A DNA stretch of 10,598 bases, from contig JBDKUN010000045.1 of the NCBI GenBank assembly GCA_039679675.1, forward strand, positions 1 through 10,598. Reading direction: 5' to 3'. The DNA is from Armatimonadota bacterium. GTDB taxonomy: Bacteria > Armatimonadota > UBA5829 > DTLH01. The notes below the pieces were generated by a model. It did no database searches. It saw only the letters and a program-made list of their open reading frames with translations, and was not told the DNA's origin. Made by a program: the position numbers and the translations under genes. Every line of letters begins with the position of its first letter. The stretch's first letter is position 1. Positions 1-6,620 of the stretch are shown here, one piece after another.

Positions 1-63
1 CTCACGCTGTGCCAGACGCACAGCTTCCATCTTGAACTCGCTCGTGTATTTCCTTCGATTCAT
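1..63 (-). CDS. IS3-family transposase OrfA, N-terminal fragment (partial; not in the supplied ORF track)
   Basis: Minus-strand translation from 63 is MNRRKYTSEFKMEAVRLAQRE, matching the RRKYTxEFKxEAV start of HTH_Tnp_1/OrfA proteins. RBS GAGGTGAG lies directly upstream (73-66). Confidence 0.9.
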   Translation of the reverse strand, partial: MNRRKYTSEFKMEAVRLAQRE

Positions 64-87
64 AACTCACCTCATTAGCTCTATAAT
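59..87 (+). promoter_or_regulatory. Candidate outward-facing sigma70 promoter inside the IS3 left end
   Basis: TTCATA (59-64), 17-bp spacer, perfect TATAAT (82-87). Confidence 0.4.
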
Positions 88-267
88 ACTCGCTAGCAAG
101 GTGTCCGGGAAAATGGGTACAGTCCACTTCAAGTGGACTAACGCCACTACCCGAAAACACGAAATAGGGAAGAGGGATTTGGATTGTGGCAGCTTGACGC
201 CGCTTTTCTATCAGCGTTCTTTTATTCTGTCCATGAACCTTTTCACGTTTGACTGAGTAATACGGTC

Positions 268-1401
268 ATGGTAGAATCTGGCGTGATTGAAGACAAATCC
301 CTCAGGATTTTCCATATAGTCAGGCGCGCCGAGGGCGGAATACGCAGGCATGTGATTGAACTTTTATCAGGGCTTCGCGGACAGTTCAAACACATACTCG
401 CGGCTTCTCCTGAGTTTTATCAATCGCTTCCTGACGGACTCCTGCAAAGCATAGATTTTGTGCCGTTCGACATCGGCGACGGAGCTGGGATAGGCTATAT
501 TCCGCAGTTGTACCGGCTCGCAGGCCACGTGAGACGCGAAAAGCCGGATATCATCCATTGCCACGGTTATAAAGCCGTTTTGCCCGGTATCATCTGCTCC
601 AAGCTCTTTGGAACAGGCCTCGTTATCACAGGCCATAACCTTTTTCCTGCAAATGCACCAAAACCGGCAAAAATCCTGATCAAGTTTGCAGGCAGGGCTT
701 CGAACCGGATGATCGCGGTATCCCCAAGTCTCAAGGCTTCTCTGGTCGCAGCAGGGGTCGAAGATCAAAAGATCAAAGTTATTCCGAACGGGATCGATCT
801 GTCGGGCTATGGAAACGTCGAAAGGGACGCAAAAAATACAGTTGATGAGCTGGGAATAGATGCCGCATCGGAAGTAATACTTACCGTCGCAAGGCTGACG
901 GCGGTGAAGGGTATCGAGACACTTGTTCGCGCTGTCCCGATCATTGCTGAACGGCACCCGAATGTTAAGGTGCTGATCGCAGGCGACGGCCCGGACAGGC
1001 AGACGCTTGCGGAACTGGCGGAAAGGGCCGCGGATGGACGGGTTGTCTTCCTCGGTCATCGGCGCGATGTGCCGCAGCTTCTCGCGGCGGCGGATGTCGT
1101 TGCTATCCCGTCTCTTTCGGAGGGACATCCGCTGATTTTGATCGAAGCAATGGCGTCGAAAAAGCCGGTAGTCGCATCTTCTGTCGGCGGGCTTGCCGAT
1201 ACATTAAGAGACGGGGACACCGGGGTTCTGGTACCGCCTGCCGATCCGAAAGCGCTTGCCGAAGGGATAGTGTCCGTGCTGGACTCGCCCGATCTGGTAT
1301 CGAGACTCAGCCAATCGGCCCGCCGCTACGCAGAAGAAGAGTTTTCGGTAGAAAAAATGATCGCTGATACAAAAGAGGTATATCTTTGCGCCGCAGTATA
1401 A
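268..1401 (+). CDS. Glycosyltransferase family 4 (GT-B fold, retaining)
   Basis: GGIRRHV N-terminal loop, PDIIHCH, VIPNGID, VARL..KG, AGDGP, FLGHRRDV, and the EX7E donor motif PSLSEGHPLILIEAMASKKPVVASSVGG. Exact start uncertain (weak RBS). Confidence 0.95.
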   Translation: MVESGVIEDKSLRIFHIVRRAEGGIRRHVIELLSGLRGQFKHILAASPEFYQSLPDGLLQSIDFVPFDIGDGAGIGYIPQLYRLAGHVRREKPDIIHCHGYKAVLPGIICSKLFGTGLVITGHNLFPANAPKPAKILIKFAGRASNRMIAVSPSLKASLVAAGVEDQKIKVIPNGIDLSGYGNVERDAKNTVDELGIDAASEVILTVARLTAVKGIETLVRAVPIIAERHPNVKVLIAGDGPDRQTLAELAERAADGRVVFLGHRRDVPQLLAAADVVAIPSLSEGHPLILIEAMASKKPVVASSVGGLADTLRDGDTGVLVPPADPKALAEGIVSVLDSPDLVSRLSQSARRYAEEEFSVEKMIADTKEVYLCAAV

Positions 1402-3647
1402 TCACATTAGCCGTTTTGGTGTTCATAACTGCCGTTTCAGGAGCTACAGCCGCCGGAGGAAAGCTGGTACTGGTCGTAATGGGCGGTGTTTCTCTGGATG
1501 GAATCGCAGCCCCGGAGCTTCACAATATTTCATCGCTCGCCGAAAAAGGGGCAATAGGGGTTATGAATGCCCGTCCGGCAAGCACCAGATCATTTTCTGA
1601 TGACACTGAGGTCGGGCGTTACTCAATGGAAGGTGGATGCGCGACCATCGGTGCCGGAACGAGGATGGCAGCCTCTACGGATGCAAGAAAAGCCCACAAT
1701 ATATCGGAAATAATCGACGGGCGGCCGGTGAGCCAGCTCTATGAAAGTCTTTACGGCATATCTCCATCGCATGCTGAGGTGCTGCACCTCGGCATGAACC
1801 GACTTAGGTTTATCAATGAAGACGCGAGATACCCCATCGAGCCCGGAGCGCTCGGCGGCGCACTCAGGAAAGCCGGACTGAAGACTGCGGCAGTGGGAAA
1901 CAGCGATACATCGCAGGAACCGCGCAGAGAAGCCGCCCTTATCGCAGCCGACCCCAATGGGATCATCGACTATGGCGATGTCGGGGTGAAGATGATCCTG
2001 CACGACCCTTCTGCCCCCTACGGGATCCGCACCGATGCAGGCGCGCTTGTAAATGCGTCCCGGTCAGCCCTAAGCCATGCCGATTTTATAGTCGTGGATG
2101 CCGGGGACACGGCAAGAGCCGCAAGTTACGCACAGCACTGTGTGGACATACAGGGTGAGAAACACCAGCGGCTGGCGCTGGTGTCCGCTGATAAGATCGT
2201 GGGCGGCCTGATGCAGAACCTTGACCTGTCACGGGACCGTATCATTCTCGTTTCGACTAATCCCTCTCCGCTGGCTATAGATAATTTCGATTTTCTGCCG
2301 CCTGTCATCATTGCGGGAGGCGGTATCGGGCATGGTTTGCTTTTGTCCGGTTCGACACACCGGCCAGGGATCATTACTAACGCCGATATTGCAGCTTCTA
2401 TCCTGAAATTTTTTAATATTGAACCGCCATATTCGTTTGTCGGCAGCCCGGCTATGGTCTGTAAGGGGACCGAAAACAGCCTGATTGATACGAACAAACA
2501 CATCATGCTGCAGATACAGCGCCAGCCGATGATGCGCGGTATAGCAGTATTTCTTGTAGTGTATGTTTTGCTGCTCTCGATTTATATTCTGAAGATCGGG
2601 CAGGCCGCGCCCCGCTGGGCTTCGTGGGCTCTTATTCTCCCTGCTTCGCTGATGCTCGCTGTTTTGTGGCTGCCTGCAGTTGCTGACTTTGGGATTTTGG
2701 GGTCTCTGGCGGTCCTGACCGGCTTGGTTGCGGCAATACTGTGTGCAGCACGGCTTATAATCCGCTCTCCGTTAAAAGCATTCGGCTGTATCTGTTGGGC
2801 GGTAGTTATCACTATAATGGTCGATTTTGTGCGGGGAGCTGTATTGCTTCGTGATTCCATACTGAGCTATACTCCGGTAGATGGAGCCAGGTATTACGGG
2901 ATAGGTAACGAGCACATGGGGAGCCTGGTAGGGGCTGCGATGATCGGTGCGGGGTTTCTTGCGGCATCGGGAGGCAAAAGAACTCTCAGAATGTCGATCC
3001 TTACCGTAGCGCTCTGTGCGGTAGTGATTGCTATAGGGCTTCCTCGTCTTGGGGCCAACGCAGGCGGCGCGATGTCCGCCATGCCTGCCGCAGTCGCCGG
3101 GCTGATTCTCTGGAGAGGGAAGGGGATCGACAAAAAACGCATCATCGCAGTCTGTGTATCCGTGGTTGGAGCGCTTGGAATACTGGCGGCCATTGACTCT
3201 TTGATTCCCGGCTCGTCACAGTCTCACATCGGGAAAGCTGTCCACCTGATTGCGACAGGCGGGGTAGGCGAAATGGGGATAATCATTGAGCGCAAATTGG
3301 CTATGAACCTGATGCTGCTCAAAAACAGCACCTGGAGCAAATTGCTTATAGTCTCCGTAGCGGCGGTTATTACGCTGATTTTTGTCAGAAACAGGGATGT
3401 GATTATGCGGCTCAGAAAGATTCCGCACATACAGGCAGGAGTAATTGCCGCGACTGTCGGCACTGTTGCAGCGCTTCTTTTTAATGATTCCGGCGTGGTA
3501 GCGGCAGCAACTGCGTTTATCTATGTATGGGTGCTTGTGGCGCTCATATATTTGGGTGGACGCGAAAACGGGGAACAAGGATCGGAACCCTCGTCCCCCG
3601 TCAGAGCAAGCGAAGCTTGCCCGGTCAAACGCACCGGGCAGCTCTAA
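1386..3647 (+). CDS. Polytopic membrane protein: signal peptide, extracytoplasmic alkaline-phosphatase-like alpha/beta domain, multi-TM C-terminal domain
   Basis: TTG start with GAGGT RBS (1375-1379), overlapping the GT4 end by 16 nt. Signal-peptide-like MRRSIITLAVLVFITAVSGATA. AP-superfamily-like segments KLVLVVMGGVS, ADKIVGGLM...IILVS, TNADIAASIL. About 10 hydrophobic helices after residue ~380 with polar motifs GARYYGIGNE, GANAGG, SHIG, RKLAMN, NDSG. Confidence 0.8.
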   Translation: MRRSIITLAVLVFITAVSGATAAGGKLVLVVMGGVSLDGIAAPELHNISSLAEKGAIGVMNARPASTRSFSDDTEVGRYSMEGGCATIGAGTRMAASTDARKAHNISEIIDGRPVSQLYESLYGISPSHAEVLHLGMNRLRFINEDARYPIEPGALGGALRKAGLKTAAVGNSDTSQEPRREAALIAADPNGIIDYGDVGVKMILHDPSAPYGIRTDAGALVNASRSALSHADFIVVDAGDTARAASYAQHCVDIQGEKHQRLALVSADKIVGGLMQNLDLSRDRIILVSTNPSPLAIDNFDFLPPVIIAGGGIGHGLLLSGSTHRPGIITNADIAASILKFFNIEPPYSFVGSPAMVCKGTENSLIDTNKHIMLQIQRQPMMRGIAVFLVVYVLLLSIYILKIGQAAPRWASWALILPASLMLAVLWLPAVADFGILGSLAVLTGLVAAILCAARLIIRSPLKAFGCICWAVVITIMVDFVRGAVLLRDSILSYTPVDGARYYGIGNEHMGSLVGAAMIGAGFLAASGGKRTLRMSILTVALCAVVIAIGLPRLGANAGGAMSAMPAAVAGLILWRGKGIDKKRIIAVCVSVVGALGILAAIDSLIPGSSQSHIGKAVHLIATGGVGEMGIIIERKLAMNLMLLKNSTWSKLLIVSVAAVITLIFVRNRDVIMRLRKIPHIQAGVIAATVGTVAALLFNDSGVVAAATAFIYVWVLVALIYLGGRENGEQGSEPSSPVRASEACPVKRTGQL
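3565..3601 (-). terminator. Putative intrinsic terminator for the minus-strand secreted-protein gene
   Basis: Minus RNA ACGGGGGACGAGG-GUUCCGAU-CCUUGUUCCCCGU-UUU: 13-bp stem with two G-U pairs, fully paired only on the minus strand; short U tract. Confidence 0.55.
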
Positions 3648-3698
3648 TCCTCGCTGTCAGCCCGCATTATCCACGTTTTCGCGATAATGCTTCGTCAG

Positions 3699-3721
3699 GC
3701 TTCATTCCAGAAGAATGAAGC
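3699..3721. other. Perfect 9-bp inverted repeat between convergent genes
   Basis: GCTTCATTC-CAGAA-GAATGAAGC; no U tract on either strand. Confidence 0.6.
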
Positions 3722-3727
3722 TCCGGC

Positions 3728-4588
3728 CTAATATACAGGAGGAGGTATAGTCTGATACGTTCCCGACGGTGTAGTAGTAGTCGGCCCTGCGCCCATAGGC
3801 GGTGTAGTGGGCTGCATCGTCGGTGTTGTCGTCGGTGTCGTATACTGATTCGTCGGTATTGTATATACACCGGGTTCTCTGCTGAATGGATACTTGCTTA
3901 CATCCATTACTTTATCGGGATCGACACCGTACTGCCGTGCAATCTGCTGCCAGGTGTATCCCCGGTCGGCCCACGACAGAATATCACTCATGCTTGCTCC
4001 GGTCTCCGCTGAGATGTTGGCTGCAATGGCGATGTTTTGCCAACTATAACCCATCCTGGAAAGCCTTTCGGCATCGTATCTCGTAAGGACAGGGTTCCCC
4101 CAGAGATCGGTCCTGTAGTATATCGGCTGATAACCGTATTCGCCGACGAATCCGGCCACTCGTGTCTGAACGACCGACGGCGTGATCAACTGCGCCATCG
4201 TCATGTTATAGTGCTGGCCGATATTGGAGTAAGACAGCCCCTGGCTTCGGAGATTTGCAACCTCAAGGATAGGTCGATTGGACTGGTTGGCTATATGCGC
4301 AAGCATATAAATATCAGACCATGCCCAACCTGCCTGTCGAAGCGCGATAACCGAAGCGGAATCAACGGCGAACGTCGCTGTAACGAGGTTGAGGTTGAAC
4401 TGCTCGACCTCCGGTGAGGTGATACTCGTCGGCATGGGTGTAGTTGTTACCGGTGGTGTCACTTCCGGCGTAATTGGTCCTGTACCCACCGGCGGTGTTG
4501 GTTCCGGTGTCGTGCCGATTCCGTTAGCATAGACACCCGCACATGCTATAACGAGTATCGACACCAGCAGGAGTGTTGTCAAACGCAT
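3728..4588 (-). CDS. Secreted hypothetical protein with Pro/Thr-rich termini and an internally duplicated helical domain
   Basis: Start reassigned from 4615 to ATG 4588 because AAGGAGGGAG precedes it and MRLTTLLLVSILVIACAGVYA is signal-peptide-like. P/T-rich N- and C-terminal tracts; four G[YWL]x[WY]xxI motifs. Confidence 0.85.
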   Translation of the reverse strand: MRLTTLLLVSILVIACAGVYANGIGTTPEPTPPVGTGPITPEVTPPVTTTPMPTSITSPEVEQFNLNLVTATFAVDSASVIALRQAGWAWSDIYMLAHIANQSNRPILEVANLRSQGLSYSNIGQHYNMTMAQLITPSVVQTRVAGFVGEYGYQPIYYRTDLWGNPVLTRYDAERLSRMGYSWQNIAIAANISAETGASMSDILSWADRGYTWQQIARQYGVDPDKVMDVSKYPFSREPGVYTIPTNQYTTPTTTPTMQPTTPPMGAGPTTTTPSGTYQTIPPPVY

Positions 4589-4984
4589 TTTGCTCCCTCC
4601 TTGTTTGTGTAGCATGGAATTGCCGCAGTATGCTGCGGCGACGAAAATCTATAACGTTTCAGCCTTCTGAAACTCTACGGAGGATTTTTAGCTGTAACCA
4701 GTATGTGATCCGTCACAAAATCAGACAGCCAAAAATCCGAATTATACGAACGATTTCATGGCATTAGCCGGTAATTACATAATGTTGGAAGTGGCGCATA
4801 CCCCCTTTCAACAACCACGATTGAAGCGCCGCTCGCTTCGTGGCTCCTGCACAGAATACCCAGTTGCGAGCAGACGCAAACGTTGACGATATATTGACAA
4901 ACAGGCTCTACCGATGCGTTGTGCCCGCTCGTAGAAGGAGTTTCCCGCACGAGAGTTGTATATAAACTGCGAGAGGTTAATAAA

Positions 4985-6388
4985 TTGAGAAAATTGGCTG
5001 ATACACGTGCTTTATGGATTGTCTCCATAATCGCCGGAATCCTCGGCGGAGTGATTGCAGTAGAACTCTTCTGCAGACCGGTGTACCATATAAGCGCGCT
5101 TGATGTAAGGCTGACGGCAGCCCCTGCGATGAGCGGGGAGACCCGTATATCGATTCCTCCGCTCGGCAAAATCACTGCGAGGACTCACGCAGCCCCCATG
5201 GCGATCCAGGTCGGGGTCGAGGAAGCAAGAATTAATGAACTAAGAAACACATTGATCAAGCTGCCGAACGGAAGGAACCTTATAGAACGGGTCAAACAAG
5301 AGGCACAAGCCGCCGCAGTCGGTTTCGGAATCAGGTTGATCGTTTTCGCTTTCGCCGGTGGGGCAGCCGCAGTCTTTCTGCTCAGGGTAGGGCGGAAATC
5401 CAAGTTCATTATCATCGGTGGAATATCAGGCGCGGCCTTCATCGCCATAAACCTCGCAGTTATTATGGCGACTTACAACATCAGTGCGTTCAAAAACCCC
5501 CAGATGACAAACGCGCTGAAAGCTACTCCGTGGGCATTGAGACTTGTTCAGGACGGCATCGTCAAGATCGATGAGCTTGACGACAGGGTCAGGATGGCTG
5601 CAACTAGCATCTATAGGGTCGAGAACACGTTGAGCGGAATGGTCTCCACGGAGGACCATGGCGAGCAGATGCGGATATTGGCAATATCCGATCTTCATAA
5701 TAACCCCATAGGTATGGAGTTTGCCGAAAACCTGGCGAGGCTGTTCGATGTAGATCTTGTGCTGAATGCAGGTGACCTGACCGACCTTGGGACGACATAC
5801 GAGAACAACATCGCAGAGCAAGCCACCAGGTTCAGTGTGCCTCAGGTGTTCGTGAGTGGAAATCACGATTCGGTCGATACAGTGGCAGCGCTCAGGAGGA
5901 CGGGTAAAGTCTTCTTGCCTGACGAACAGGTAGTGGAAGTGGACGGGCTCCGGATCATGGGGCAGCATGACCCTGCATCGATGGGAATCGGTCCGCGCCA
6001 CCTGCTTGCGACTCCACAAGAGATCGAAAACGCTAAGCATGGGCTGAAAAAAGCCATGGCCAGGCTGCCAAAGCCGCCTGATATTCTGCTTGTGCATGAG
6101 CCGGACGTCGCCAGCGCGTTTGTCGGCAAGGTTCCGGTCATAGTTTCCGGGCATGACCATACATTGGGCGCAGACAGCATAAAAGGGACGGCCTGGATAC
6201 GTCCCGGCAGCACGGGAGCGTCTGGAATCCGTTATTTTATTGAGGGGAGCGGAAAGAGTATCACTGCAGCAATAATATACGTGGCAAGGACCCCCAGACC
6301 CAGAGCCGTGGCAGCAGACCTCATAGCCGTTACCAACCCGGACGGAGAGTTCACTGTAAAGAGGATCAAGTTTGCCGCTGGAGGCTAA
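4985..6388 (+). CDS. Membrane-anchored calcineurin-like metallophosphoesterase
   Basis: All five motifs present: SDLHNN, AGDLTD, SGNHD, LLVHEP, SGHDH. About three N-terminal TM helices. Likely start TTG 4985 with GAGAGGT RBS (4971-4977); the open frame extends up to 4919. Confidence 0.88.
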   Translation: MRKLADTRALWIVSIIAGILGGVIAVELFCRPVYHISALDVRLTAAPAMSGETRISIPPLGKITARTHAAPMAIQVGVEEARINELRNTLIKLPNGRNLIERVKQEAQAAAVGFGIRLIVFAFAGGAAAVFLLRVGRKSKFIIIGGISGAAFIAINLAVIMATYNISAFKNPQMTNALKATPWALRLVQDGIVKIDELDDRVRMAATSIYRVENTLSGMVSTEDHGEQMRILAISDLHNNPIGMEFAENLARLFDVDLVLNAGDLTDLGTTYENNIAEQATRFSVPQVFVSGNHDSVDTVAALRRTGKVFLPDEQVVEVDGLRIMGQHDPASMGIGPRHLLATPQEIENAKHGLKKAMARLPKPPDILLVHEPDVASAFVGKVPVIVSGHDHTLGADSIKGTAWIRPGSTGASGIRYFIEGSGKSITAAIIYVARTPRPRAVAADLIAVTNPDGEFTVKRIKFAAGG

Positions 6389-6425
6389 TTCAGGGCCATT
6401 GATGGCTGTTTCGCCCCTCCGAAAT

Positions 6426-6454
6426 TTGACCCTGAGCACGATTTTTGATATAAT
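6426..6454 (+). promoter_or_regulatory. sigma70 promoter of gyrA
   Basis: TTGACC (6426-6431), 17-bp spacer, TATAAT (6449-6454), with extended -10 TG at 6446-6447. Confidence 0.8.
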
Positions 6455-6586
6455 TAATCGTGCGGCCGTGTAGGCCGTGCGTTGTGTACGGGCACGTAAA
6501 AACCCGAAAAATCCGCATACGGACTCATATCGGATGTACGTCCGATTATTAGAACATATGTGCTAGTCCGCATTATTCTCATTATC

Positions 6587-6595
6587 TGTGGATAA
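6587..6595 (-). promoter_or_regulatory. Consensus DnaA box in the gyrA leader
   Basis: TGTGGATAA, the reverse complement of TTATCCACA, 8 nt upstream of the gyrA RBS. Confidence 0.5.
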
Positions 6596-6620
6596 TGCTT
6601 TACGAGAGGATACTCTAGTT

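Larger units (their letters stand above)
1..126 (-). mobile_element. IS3-family insertion sequence, left end (truncated by window edge)
   Basis: Minus strand from 126 reads TGGACTGTACCCATTTTCCCGGACAC, a 5'-TG terminal inverted repeat resembling IS3-family ends. It is followed by an RBS and an orfA-like start. Confidence 0.85.

Noticed and set aside
32..256. 74-aa + strand ORF
   Set aside because: It runs antisense across the IS3 orfA start and terminal IR, with no RBS or recognisable motif.
367..3578. Minus-strand ORFs opposite the GT4 and membrane-protein genes (e.g. 367-1128)
   Set aside because: Antisense shadows of well-supported genes with no motifs.
3670..3700. Hammerhead-ribozyme-like CUGACGA...GAAA on the minus strand
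   Set aside because: Stem II cannot close correctly before GAAA, and no stem III/UH cleavage site can be formed.
4704..4717. CRP site (TGTGA...TCACA)
   Set aside because: The spacer is 4 bp rather than the required 6; kept only as part of the structured leader.
4894..4899. Perfect TTGACA as promoter of the phosphoesterase
   Set aside because: No acceptable -10 hexamer at 16-18 bp spacing.
4849..4916. c-di-GMP-I riboswitch-like words (GCACAG, GACGCAAA, TACCGATG)
   Set aside because: It lacks the GGCAAAC element, GNRA-capped P2 stem and tetraloop receptor.
5426..6439. 337-aa minus-strand ORF
   Set aside because: Antisense shadow of the phosphoesterase; no motif or RBS.
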